A program made the translations under genes and the position numbers. A stretch of DNA of 64,000 nt, taken from a virus. Position 1 is the first letter of the stretch. Each line of letters starts with the position of its first letter. The stretch is taken from the IMG/VR virus record IMGVR_UViG_3300049844_000277, positions 36,520 to 100,519 of that record; one strand, given 5' to 3'. Below are positions 34,144 to 43,223 of the stretch, piece by piece. The notes beneath the pieces are model-generated. The model saw only the letters and a program-made list of their open reading frames with translations, had not been told where the DNA came from and did no database searches.

Positions 34144-37100
34144 GTGCCCACAACCCGAGGAGCTCTCATGGAGAAGCCCGCAGAAATCTGCAGCGGATGT
34201 CCTCGAGAAATCGAGACAGAGACCCATCCCTACGGTTATGTTGAATCGTGGATTGATTCAAACGCCGAACTCATCATCATAGCGGAAGCTCCTGTCTGCG
34301 ATCGCCACGGTAACGTTCCTAGCTCTTTCGACGATGACAGCGGTAAAATCATTCGAACCGCCGTATCCGAGCTACGTAACTTACCTTCGCACAGTAAGCT
34401 AGCGGTCTCGTATACGTACGCAGTACTCTGTACAAGCAACCAGGGCGACAAAGACCCCGAAAAAGCCGTACTGCAACGGTGCCGTACGCTGCTCCAAGCT
34501 GACTTACGTCGCGCAAACAAGAACGCCGTCCTGCTGGTAATGGGTATGTCTGCCCTTCGCGCACTAGAAATAAAAGCCGCGAAGTTGAAGGACATGCAGG
34601 GGCGATTACTCCAAAAGCAGAAAATTGGAGAAGGTGATGACGCTCCGATATTCGATGTCGTCGTAACCGTCTCGACAAAACAGTTGTTCGCGATGCCGGG
34701 AATCTACACGACGTTCGTAGCGGACCTGCGACGAGCTGCGGACGCTGCGAGCGCAGGTGGATTAACACACGTTACCCCACTCGAAAAACTAACCGAAAAA
34801 TACGTAATCCCGAAAACAATCGAAGAAGTACGCCAAATCTGTCGCGAAATACTGAATTATCAAGAAGGTAAAGTATCTGCAGATAACTGGCCTATCTCTG
34901 TAGACACCGAGACAAACACCAAGTTTCCACACCGAGAAAACTTGAAAGTATTGGCGGTGTCCTTCGCATGGGCGGAGGGTAAAGCTACTGCAATTCCATT
35001 AGAGCACCCCACTACACCCTACGCGTACCAAGACGCGATACCGTACGTACGCGAAGTCTTAGCGAGCAAGAAGCCGAAGTTCCTTCATAATGCTAAGTTC
35101 GACCTTAAAGTCTTCATGAAAGCGGGCTGGCCGATTAACGGGTTCGCTTGGGATAGCATGCTAGGGGAACATGCTCTCGAAGAAGATAAAAAGGGACAGT
35201 ACGGATTAAAGCAGTTGACCCGTACTTTCTTCCCGGAATTCGCGACATACGCCGACTCTCTTCAAGAAATGCTCACGCACGAAGAGGGCGACTCGCAGCT
35301 CGACAACCTGAGGAAAGCGCCAAAAGCTTCAACTTCGAAAGATGGGGGATTTGAAAGTATCCCACTTCCCACGCTATTGCTTTATGCGGCAGTCGATGCA
35401 GATATGACACGGCGGCTAGTGTTACTGCAGGAAAAAAGAATTACCGACGAGCAGAACAGAGTAATCGTAGAAACGAATATAACGAAGAGAGAGCAGGCGC
35501 TGGCGATTTCGGCGAGGAAGAAAATACGGCTGAGAATTGCGCCGCTACATAGTGAGACGGAGATGTTGAAGAAGTACATGGTGCTCTACCCCGTCCCAGA
35601 ACTCTGTTCCGCTGATAAGCCGGTAAGACAACTAGTACTGAACAACGTATTCCCCGTTACCCCAGCTCTCGCGAGAATGGAGTTTAAGGGCATACGGATA
35701 GACAGACCGTACCTAACTACGTTGCGTGAAGCGTTGGGAAAAGTCGTCACAGAAACCGCTGCAGAGCTACAGGATATGGCGGGCAGAGAGATAACTCTCA
35801 ATAGTCCGGCAGAGATAGCTGAAATCCTGTTCAACAGCGGGTTTATACATCCAACAACTCACGCCCCCACGACTTATCCCCTCACAGGCATCGGTAAGAC
35901 AAAAACGGGACAGATACAAACCACCGAGAAAGTGATGCAGTACTTGGTGGCGAAGTATCAGTGCCCCTTTGCAGCTAAAAAACTAATCTACGCCAAGGCA
36001 TATAAAGCGAAAAATACGTTCTGTCAGAATGTGTGGGATCTCTCGGAGCTCGACGGGTATCTACACACGAACTACAACCAGCACGGCACAAATTCGGGTA
36101 GACTGTCCTGTGTCGCGGGAGAAACCGTACTAGATACTAATTACGGAAAAATCGAGATACAGAATCTCGATCTGGAGAAGATGCCGGGGATTACCATCCA
36201 GACCCACGAACTCCGCGAACAACCGATTCTACGTAAAATAGAAAAAGGCATTGAAGAAATGTTCGAGGTCGAACTCGAAGACGGGCGCACCATCACCGTG
36301 ACTAAAAAACATCGCTTCTTGACGCCGACGGGGTGGAAACGACTCGAGGAACTGTCAGAAAATGCCGAAATACTCTGCGCCGCCTCCGTGGGTAGTGGAC
36401 CAAATATGCGACTCGTTACAACCCGGATAAAAAGCATACGTCCCGTAGGTCCTAAGAAAGTCTGGGACCTCACAGTAGCGGTCGATCACTCTTACATCGC
36501 CCACGGATTTGTTAACAAAAATTCCAACGATGAAAACATGCAAAACATCCCCAAGAAATTGGCGGGTGTTAACATTAAGAAAGTGTTCCTCCCGGACGAT
36601 GATTCGTATGTCTTCGTCAACGCTGATGCGAAGGGTGCCGAAGTACGAATCCTAACCGCCTACTGCCGAGACCAAGCGCTCATACAATCGCTCAACGCGG
36701 GGCAGGACACGCATTGTTTCATCGCGTCCAAGATTGTTGAAATCGTACGTCAGAGTCCTGGTGCAACGGCGGTTCTCGGAAGCATGAATCTAAGCGATGA
36801 GTATCCTCTGACGTACGAAGACTTCGCGGCTAGAGACAAGCTAAAAGAAACCAATAGTAAGTACGGGGCGATGCTCGACAAATTCAGAACCGCTGTCAAA
36901 CGCGTAGTGTTCGGTATTCTGTACGGCGCCGGTCCTCAGAAAATTGCGGAAACTATTGGTATCAGTCTAGAGCAAGCACAACAGCTCATTCACACTCTGT
37001 TCGCTTTGTTTCCGTCCATCAAGACGTACATGGCGCAGACAAAGTGGGAACTACAACAATTTAATTTAGTCGAAACGTTCTTCGGTAGACGCCGTAGATT

Positions 37101-37527
37101 TAGTGTATCGGGAGCGCCGAAGTATCAAATAGGGAGAGCTGAACGTCAGACAGTTAATTTTAAAATCCAAAGCACAAGCTCTGATATCGTAATGGGACGA
37201 TTACTAGCAATCGAAGAACCTCTCAAAGATTTGGGAGGTAGACTTCTATTGACAGTGCACGACAGCCTTGGGTTTCAAATCAAGAAAAAATATATCCGAC
37301 AGCTACCTGATTTCATTTATACGTATTTGGAGAAGGGTGCAGCAGACGCCCATCCATGGCTCCCAGTCGCATTTAAATGGGACTACGAAGTTGGGTCATC
37401 ATACGGCGAACTCAAATCACTGGAATCCTACCTTGCCAACACGAAAATAGAGGAATACTCGAACGATGCCTACGTCGCCGAGGCTTTCACAGAAGAAGAC
37501 GCAAGAACCTCCCTCTCCGAACCCTGA
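34144..37527 (+). CDS. polA: Family A DNA polymerase (Pol I-like) with N-terminal UDG-like domain and 3'-5' exonuclease domain, carrying a mini-intein
   Basis: UDG family-4-like ELIIIAEAPVCDRHG...FDDDSGKIIRTAV. Exo I SVDTETNT; Exo II FLHNAKFDLKVF; Exo III LLLYAAVDAD. Motif A NADAKGAEVRIL; motif B KRVVFGILYGAG; motif C LTVHDSLGF. GRLS/SNDENMQNIP split by the intein. Confidence 0.9.
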   Translation: MPTTRGALMEKPAEICSGCPREIETETHPYGYVESWIDSNAELIIIAEAPVCDRHGNVPSSFDDDSGKIIRTAVSELRNLPSHSKLAVSYTYAVLCTSNQGDKDPEKAVLQRCRTLLQADLRRANKNAVLLVMGMSALRALEIKAAKLKDMQGRLLQKQKIGEGDDAPIFDVVVTVSTKQLFAMPGIYTTFVADLRRAADAASAGGLTHVTPLEKLTEKYVIPKTIEEVRQICREILNYQEGKVSADNWPISVDTETNTKFPHRENLKVLAVSFAWAEGKATAIPLEHPTTPYAYQDAIPYVREVLASKKPKFLHNAKFDLKVFMKAGWPINGFAWDSMLGEHALEEDKKGQYGLKQLTRTFFPEFATYADSLQEMLTHEEGDSQLDNLRKAPKASTSKDGGFESIPLPTLLLYAAVDADMTRRLVLLQEKRITDEQNRVIVETNITKREQALAISARKKIRLRIAPLHSETEMLKKYMVLYPVPELCSADKPVRQLVLNNVFPVTPALARMEFKGIRIDRPYLTTLREALGKVVTETAAELQDMAGREITLNSPAEIAEILFNSGFIHPTTHAPTTYPLTGIGKTKTGQIQTTEKVMQYLVAKYQCPFAAKKLIYAKAYKAKNTFCQNVWDLSELDGYLHTNYNQHGTNSGRLSCVAGETVLDTNYGKIEIQNLDLEKMPGITIQTHELREQPILRKIEKGIEEMFEVELEDGRTITVTKKHRFLTPTGWKRLEELSENAEILCAASVGSGPNMRLVTTRIKSIRPVGPKKVWDLTVAVDHSYIAHGFVNKNSNDENMQNIPKKLAGVNIKKVFLPDDDSYVFVNADAKGAEVRILTAYCRDQALIQSLNAGQDTHCFIASKIVEIVRQSPGATAVLGSMNLSDEYPLTYEDFAARDKLKETNSKYGAMLDKFRTAVKRVVFGILYGAGPQKIAETIGISLEQAQQLIHTLFALFPSIKTYMAQTKWELQQFNLVETFFGRRRRFSVSGAPKYQIGRAERQTVNFKIQSTSSDIVMGRLLAIEEPLKDLGGRLLLTVHDSLGFQIKKKYIRQLPDFIYTYLEKGAADAHPWLPVAFKWDYEVGSSYGELKSLESYLANTKIEEYSNDAYVAEAFTEEDARTSLSEP
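36109..36522 (+). mobile_element. Mini-intein (138 aa, no endonuclease domain) in the PolA GRLSS-NPNLQNIP motif
   Basis: CVAGETVLDTNYGKIEI...KKVWDLTVAVDHSYIAHGFVNKN followed by Ser. Excision restores TNSGRLS-SNDENMQNIP, matching the family-A consensus. Boundaries verified on the DNA. Confidence 0.8.
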
Positions 37528-37792
37528 TGTGGTAGTGCACACGCCTCTAGCGCTACACACCAAGAACCTCAAAGAAGCTGTAGGTACCCTCGTCATCTTT
37601 TACCTCGTAAACAACGGAAGACCTCTTCGAGGAATTTTGTTGGAATATGACGATGAGACAGTAGTTATCGCTCCTAAAACTACAATTCCCCGCGAAAAGA
37701 TAGTAGCCTTCTATCAGGCCAAAAATGCTCCTCCCAAAAACAAAGAAGTTCCAAGATCTTCTGTTCGTCGATACAGAAACGACGGGACTTGA
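37466..37792 (+). CDS. Hypothetical small protein; annotated start overlaps polA, a GTG at about 37529 is more likely
   Basis: ORF running between polA and the exonuclease gene; ends uncertain. Confidence 0.25.
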   Translation: MPTSPRLSQKKTQEPPSPNPDVVVHTPLALHTKNLKEAVGTLVIFYLVNNGRPLRGILLEYDDETVVIAPKTTIPREKIVAFYQAKNAPPKNKEVPRSSVRRYRNDGT

Positions 37793-38297
37793 CCCTACTA
37801 AGCATGAGATACTCGAGGTCGCGGCGATACGTACAACGCCTGATGCGAAGCAGGTGCTGACGACGTATCACGCGAAAATAAAGCCACTACGTATCGAAAC
37901 CGCGGAACCAAAGGCTCTTGAGATAAACAAGTATTCCGCGGAGGAGTGGACCTTTGACAAGTGCGTCAATCCTGAGGTTGTGGTAAGAGCCCTAATGGCT
38001 ATGTCGCACAATACGGTGCTAGTAGGGCACAACGTATCGTTCGATGAGGGATTTCTTACGGCTTTATTGCGTCAATTCTACGCGACAGTTCCGTGGGGAT
38101 ACCATAAGATCGATACAGTCGCACTCGCGTGGCCCCTATTCATGTACACTCCCGCTGAAGGAGTGAGCTTAGAAAAGGTTTGTAGATATCTCGGTACTAC
38201 AAACAAACCTGAGCATCGAGCAATGAACGATGCCCTCGCGTGCAGGGATGTGTATTTAAGTCTGATGTCTCGTTGGGAAAAAGCTTGTGAAGCGTAA
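37725..38297 (+). CDS. DnaQ-like (DEDDh) 3'-5' exonuclease
   Basis: Exo I LFVDTETTGLDP; Exo II LVGHNVSFDEGFL; Exo III HRAMNDALACRDVY. Confidence 0.85.
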   Translation: MLLPKTKKFQDLLFVDTETTGLDPTKHEILEVAAIRTTPDAKQVLTTYHAKIKPLRIETAEPKALEINKYSAEEWTFDKCVNPEVVVRALMAMSHNTVLVGHNVSFDEGFLTALLRQFYATVPWGYHKIDTVALAWPLFMYTPAEGVSLEKVCRYLGTTNKPEHRAMNDALACRDVYLSLMSRWEKACEA

Positions 38298-38793
38298 CCT
38301 GTAGATACGTAAAATCTTTGTTCCAGTACATCTGGAGTCAGCGTAGCGCTGACATGCTTCCCAGAGCTCTTAGTTTGGTAGCCTAGCTAACAAATATAAG
38401 GTCAATGGCCGCCGGGGAAAAATGAACTCCCTGAACCCCACCGAGCTCGAGCAAACAATAAATATATAGTAGAACATAGAAAGATCTTTCCTGCCCGGTA
38501 CCATTTCGGAGTCAGCGTAGTGCTGACATATGGCCCGATGTTAGCGCGAAGCCTAGCTTCAAGCTAAGAGAAGGTCATTATGGGCCGCCTCCGCCTCAAG
38601 GGCAATATCCTTAAGTATGTGGCGCCTATATTGGACATTCCGCGGAATCATAGAACTAAGAGGAAAGACGTAGGGAGCGTAGGGATTCGAGCTGTAAACA
38701 CAGCGCCCGCGTAGTGCGGGCAGCCGTAAGCTGTTCAGATAAGCTATGAGATAAGCTTGAAATCAACCATATCCTCACTGAATGAGGAATCCC
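38298..38793. repeat. About 500-bp noncoding region with two copies of a roughly 90-bp hairpin-containing repeat and further hairpins
   Basis: GGAGTCAGCGTAGCGCTGACAT at about 38333 and GGAGTCAGCGTAGTGCTGACAT at about 38509 (7-bp stem, TAG loop). Each is followed by related ...agcctagct...aaggtcaatggccgcc segments. Also GCCCGCGTAGTGCGGGC (about 38703) and TCCTCACTGAATGAGGA (about 38773) hairpins. Lies between convergent genes. Confidence 0.6.
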
Positions 38794-40398
38794 TTACGCG
38801 TAGAATTTCAGGTCATTAGACACAAGCTTATGTGCAAACCATCCGAACAGTTGTGCATGAAGACAATCGTCAGGTAATTGGGGACTGTGTCGCCAAACCT
38901 TTTTACCTGACGACGTAACTTCTTCATAGACGTTCAGAATATCTTTAATCGCTTCACGTGATTCTTCTCGTGGCGGATATACAACCGAACCCCGCTTCAG
39001 AAACATGAGATAGTTATCAATCATCGTCGTGCGGTCAGCGAGATACCTGTCCAAGCCATTGTGCTTTATCGGCTGACCTAACGCTCCGTACTGCATCATG
39101 TGCACGCGGTGAGCGCCTAGACGGTCTCGTAGCGTCGCATTAGGTAGTGCGCCTTCGCCAGCGTCACCGATGACCATCGCAACAGCGTAATGCTGGCAAA
39201 TCGCAGCGATATTCTCGACATCTGCGACGGCGTTGCTTCCTGGGTAAATTCGGAAGTAGAGCGTACGTAACTTCTGTGTTGCGGGATGAAAGCCCCACAC
39301 CCATAGGACCGTACGGCTAACGCCCGTCGTTCCGCCGCCCGACCAATCAACGCCGGCAACAGTAATCGAACAGCCTTCCAAATTTTTACCTGGCGTAGGG
39401 GATATCTGGGGGCCTGTGCACAGTGCTTCGAGCTCCTCCAGTGAAATAAGTCTACGACCTACGGCATCTGATACACCCAAGACCTCATTGCGGAACTTAG
39501 CCGCGGAAAACATGTCATGGTCACGGAGGATATCATCCCAACGCGCCTGAGCGTCCTCGACTGCACTCGGCTTTTCGGGCGTATTTTTTACACACGACGG
39601 GATGTTCAGCGGCATAATCAATTGAGAAATGTGAAAGCCTTTAATGGAGTGTTTTCCAGTACCCTTGTCGGCAATACGCATATCGATCCACTGCCCTGCG
39701 CGGGGATTTAAAACCTTCCCACAATTAAGACAAATGGGGCCGTGTTTACCGAGAGACTTCTCACTAATAACGAAGTTGTATTTACTACACCCCTCGCACT
39801 TCATCACCCATTCGCTCTGAGAAGACTGATCCCACAAAAATTGAATGGAGTTCTCCATAGTTTTCGGAGTTCCGGCGTAAGTTTCGAACCGGTACGCGGA
39901 ATTCTTCATACACGCCAAAATTACGGGAATGACACTGTCGTATAATACGTCCTGTACTTCGTCAAACAAACAACGGTCAGCGGAAAAACCACGCGCACGA
40001 TCCGCGTCATCGGTCGCGTACGTGAACCCGTTCTCTGACCCGTTCGTATACGACCGATGTAATACGCGATCCGCGTGATCTGGAGATAAGAAGTATTTCT
40101 TAATCAACGGCGAATACGACAATGTTTTACCAACACGCGTGTTAGAGAACAAGAGAGTTTGCTCGCGTGAAGGACTGGAATAGTAACTCTTGAAAAATGG
40201 GCGAGAAACAGATTCAGATATAATAAAGTTAGCCAGAGATGTGCTTTTACTGACCTGACGCGCAGTCATCAGAAGCGTCGATTTATAACCTCCGTCATAT
40301 ATCGATTTGAAAAATGGATAGTCTGTAAGACTAAAGGGAGCGCCGTCTAGCCATAATAGACGCTCAGCCACTTCCGAAAGACGTTTACTTCCAATCAC
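38794..40398 (-). CDS. terL: Terminase large subunit (ATPase plus RNaseH-like nuclease) with zinc-ribbon insert
   Basis: Walker A LLMTARQVSKST; Walker B CLFDEVQDV; YAGTPK coupling motif; CEGCSKYNF...CLNCGK ribbon; nuclease-domain GVDWSGGG...MVIGDAGEG. Confidence 0.85.
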   Translation of the reverse strand: MIGSKRLSEVAERLLWLDGAPFSLTDYPFFKSIYDGGYKSTLLMTARQVSKSTSLANFIISESVSRPFFKSYYSSPSREQTLLFSNTRVGKTLSYSPLIKKYFLSPDHADRVLHRSYTNGSENGFTYATDDADRARGFSADRCLFDEVQDVLYDSVIPVILACMKNSAYRFETYAGTPKTMENSIQFLWDQSSQSEWVMKCEGCSKYNFVISEKSLGKHGPICLNCGKVLNPRAGQWIDMRIADKGTGKHSIKGFHISQLIMPLNIPSCVKNTPEKPSAVEDAQARWDDILRDHDMFSAAKFRNEVLGVSDAVGRRLISLEELEALCTGPQISPTPGKNLEGCSITVAGVDWSGGGTTGVSRTVLWVWGFHPATQKLRTLYFRIYPGSNAVADVENIAAICQHYAVAMVIGDAGEGALPNATLRDRLGAHRVHMMQYGALGQPIKHNGLDRYLADRTTMIDNYLMFLKRGSVVYPPREESREAIKDILNVYEEVTSSGKKVWRHSPQLPDDCLHAQLFGWFAHKLVSNDLKFYA

Positions 40399-40426
40399 AA
40401 GTTAAACCGTGGTAGGAAATGATTAA

Positions 40427-40627
40427 ATGAGCAACGTTGGACAGGAAAAAACTGTACAAGGCGAAAATTATTGGGACCGCTGCGTTATGCCACGGATTAC
40501 TCCGTACGAAGGATCGACTCTAAGCGTAGCATATAAGTGTTTCGAACTAGCCTGTAGAATCACACGATCCTTTCAACGCAAAAACATTCTTAGCGATAGT
40601 AGCGAATACGTAAGGGTCCTCGTGTAG
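40427..40627 (+). pseudogene. 66-codon ORF whose first 27 residues resemble the N-terminus of the MoxR-like gene at 41213; probable duplicated 5' gene fragment
   Basis: MSNVGQEKTVQGENYWDRCVMPRITPYEG versus MSNTAQNSVATTESYWDKYGIPRVTLHEA (12 of 27 identical, no gaps). The 3' end is overlapped by the antisense EndoVII gene. Confidence 0.35.
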
Positions 40628-41185
40628 TAAGCCGAAAGCAGCATTACAATTACCGTGCGCTAACCCCCGAACAACGCCTGTAGTGTGGTCATGGTCAATT
40701 TTCGGAACCTCAAAAAGAGGGCGATCGCATAACCAACAACGTCCCGACTGAGCGATAAGTAACGTATGCCATCGGGAAAGAGTTAGTCCGTAGGTGTGAC
40801 GTGCACGGTGTCCTGGATTAGCGAGACGCCACGCTTTTGTACGCGCTTTCGCCGTTGCCGAATTAGCACGGTAGTACGCAGCTTGATACTCTCTAATCTT
40901 ATCGCGGTTACTAGCGTAATATTTCGAAGCACGAGCCTTTACTTTCTGCGGATTAGCTTTACGGTAGTCAGCTCTTTGTAATCGGATCTCTTCCGCGTGC
41001 TCCTCCCTATAATTCTTACTGTACTTCTTAATCCGAGGCGCATTCTTCTTACTATATTTTTTCTGCTGTGCGCGAATTTCCTCACGATGCGCGTAATAGT
41101 ACTGAGCCGCCAATATTCTCGAGCAGGGCGCGCATCGCCCATCTTTGCGTTTCTCCGTACTCCCACACTTGTTACATTTTCCCAT
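40547..41185 (-). CDS. Recombination endonuclease VII family protein (T4 gp49-like, HNH-related) with basic repetitive N-terminal region
   Basis: CWLCDRPL...IDHDHTTGVVRGLAHGNCNAAFG (EndoVII zinc/His-Me signature). N-terminus has repeated KYSKKN/KYYASN basic units and a CNKCG...CAPC ribbon. Confidence 0.7.
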   Translation of the reverse strand: MGKCNKCGSTEKRKDGRCAPCSRILAAQYYYAHREEIRAQQKKYSKKNAPRIKKYSKNYREEHAEEIRLQRADYRKANPQKVKARASKYYASNRDKIREYQAAYYRANSATAKARTKAWRLANPGHRARHTYGLTLSRWHTLLIAQSGRCWLCDRPLFEVPKIDHDHTTGVVRGLAHGNCNAAFGLLHEDPYVFATIAKNVFALKGSCDSTG

Positions 41186-41212
41186 TTACACAATATACAC
41201 TAGAGCAAACAT

Positions 41213-42496
41213 ATGAGCAATACCGCGCAAAACAGCGTAGCCACCACAGAAAGTTATTGGGATAAGTACGGGATTCCTAGAGTAACACTTCACGAAGCCC
41301 TTGCACAAATTGAACTCTCCATTATCTACAATCAAACAAGAGGAGTTTTTTGTTTAATCTCAGAAGCTGGAGAAGGAAAATCGCAAGGAATTCACCAACT
41401 AGCTCGAAAACACCGAAGGCGTGTGGTGGACATCCGAACATCGCAATTTTCTATGATTGGCGCAGGTGTTCCCCAGAGAGCAGACGAAACAGGGCACTTC
41501 AAAATCGCCATCCCAAATGATTACCCGAAACCGGGAGAAAAGTGCCTACTAGTATTCGATGAAATCAACCAAGGGCAACAACACGCCGTAGCGCTATTTT
41601 TCAAACTATTGGAAGATCGAGGAATCTACGACTACACACTCCCCAACGATTGCATCATCGTTGCTTTGATGAACCCCTCGACCGCGAACTACTCAGTCAC
41701 TAAAATTGAAACTAATTCAGCTTTTAACAGACGACTACAAAAACTCTACGTATACAACACTTTCTCCGATTGGAAGAAGCACGCACAAACAAACGACTTC
41801 CACTACACAGATGGGCTTCAGAAGCCCTGCCATCCGATGGTTGTACGGTTGCTCACAGCTACTCCCGCCATGCTGTATACCGCCAAGGATAGAGACGGGA
41901 ATAAGCAGTATGCCTGTCCCGCAACCTGGCAGACCGTATCTCTGTCGCTCTACAACCTCGCCGATGCGGGCGTGGACCTCACAAGTGAGCGAGCGGAGAA
42001 TCGAATCGCCGCGTCTATCAATATCGTCAACGCGCGGATGCTCGTGGAGTTCATCAAGAACAACGAGATACTCATCGGCCCGGAAGAAGTTCTGTTCAAG
42101 TACAAGCCGAAGAGCAAGCTTCGAGAGCGAGTGCTCGAAATACAAAAGGAGCCCGGCGGTACGTACACGCAGCTCGTAGAAGATGTCGCGCAATACATCT
42201 TCCGCGAGAGACCGGAAGCCGAAGTCATCGCGCCCAACCTCGTTCAGTTCTGGCACGATATGCCGGTCGAACAAGCGCAGCCGTTCTACCAAATGCTAGA
42301 TGCTGCCTGTCAGGCACACGGCGGTATCAAGGAGCCCAAGAACGTTCAGTACATGCAGGCGCTCACCACCGCGAATCGTCAGTATCCGCTGTGGAAAGAA
42401 ATCAACGACAGAATCAACCGCATTCACGACGAGGTCGAGAAGAAGATTCATGGGCGAGGGGTCGGGAAAGACCCCATGCTCAGTGCTCAAATGTAG
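41213..42496 (+). CDS. MoxR-like AAA+ ATPase
   Basis: Walker A SEAGEGKSQ; Walker B plus MoxR signature LLVFDEINQGQQHAVALFFKLLEDRG; downstream sensor-like region. Confidence 0.7.
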   Translation: MSNTAQNSVATTESYWDKYGIPRVTLHEALAQIELSIIYNQTRGVFCLISEAGEGKSQGIHQLARKHRRRVVDIRTSQFSMIGAGVPQRADETGHFKIAIPNDYPKPGEKCLLVFDEINQGQQHAVALFFKLLEDRGIYDYTLPNDCIIVALMNPSTANYSVTKIETNSAFNRRLQKLYVYNTFSDWKKHAQTNDFHYTDGLQKPCHPMVVRLLTATPAMLYTAKDRDGNKQYACPATWQTVSLSLYNLADAGVDLTSERAENRIAASINIVNARMLVEFIKNNEILIGPEEVLFKYKPKSKLRERVLEIQKEPGGTYTQLVEDVAQYIFRERPEAEVIAPNLVQFWHDMPVEQAQPFYQMLDAACQAHGGIKEPKNVQYMQALTTANRQYPLWKEINDRINRIHDEVEKKIHGRGVGKDPMLSAQM

Positions 42497-43223
42497 CGAG
42501 CTCTCGACGCAGATGCTTGGTTCTATCTTCGACGTAACGCCAAGCAACAGCTAACCGGCCAAGCTGCGCCCCCAAGGCGGAAATATCGAACGTACGTGCT
42601 TTTCGTTCGAGCTCCTCCTTGGGGAGCGCTTGCCAAGCCGCTTCGGTTTCTTTTTGAAGCACTAAGGAATCCGCGCTCAATTTACTCGTCAACTCTTCCA
42701 ACGCGAATCCCAAGCCGACGGGTGGAAGTACTAGTCCCTCGTCGAAGAGAGATACACCGACGTACGCAGCGACGCTCTCGTCATATTCAGGTCGAGTAGA
42801 TTCACCATCAGTCAGCGCAAACAAGAGCTCCGCCTCAAAAGCGGCCCACGCCATCTGCGCTGAATCACACTTCGGCACGTCGTTCGGACTTACCATCTCC
42901 TGCGTCAAGGCGTGCGTCGTTGCGCCGAATACGCGGTAATCCCAGTAAAAGCTGGGAGTCAGCGCGAGCGCAACACCCGCCATTAATTTATCTCGATTCG
43001 AGGTGTGGATGGGTAGTTCGTGCCATAGCGTTTCAGGCTCGTAAGCCGTGAAATGTGGACCCAGTAAATAACGGGCTGATACAAGTAAGGCTGTTGCAGA
43101 CGTATCTGCGTTTTGTAGCAACTCTTTAGCGGTCTGCTCGTGTACGGACGTAGGGATGCGGAAATATGCCGCATAGGCTTCCTTTACTGCGAGACGTTGT
43201 AGCTCAGAAAGCGTCATCGACAA
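42480..43223 (-). CDS. Hypothetical protein (247 aa)
   Basis: Intact ORF, antisense to the flanking MoxR and VWA genes. Confidence 0.45.
   Translation of the reverse strand: MSMTLSELQRLAVKEAYAAYFRIPTSVHEQTAKELLQNADTSATALLVSARYLLGPHFTAYEPETLWHELPIHTSNRDKLMAGVALALTPSFYWDYRVFGATTHALTQEMVSPNDVPKCDSAQMAWAAFEAELLFALTDGESTRPEYDESVAAYVGVSLFDEGLVLPPVGLGFALEELTSKLSADSLVLQKETEAAWQALPKEELERKARTFDISALGAQLGRLAVAWRYVEDRTKHLRRELATFEH

Noticed and set aside
38380-38460. tRNA-like hairpins in the 38.3-38.8 kb noncoding region.
   Set aside because: No acceptor, D, anticodon or T arm arrangement could be folded; only isolated stem-loops.
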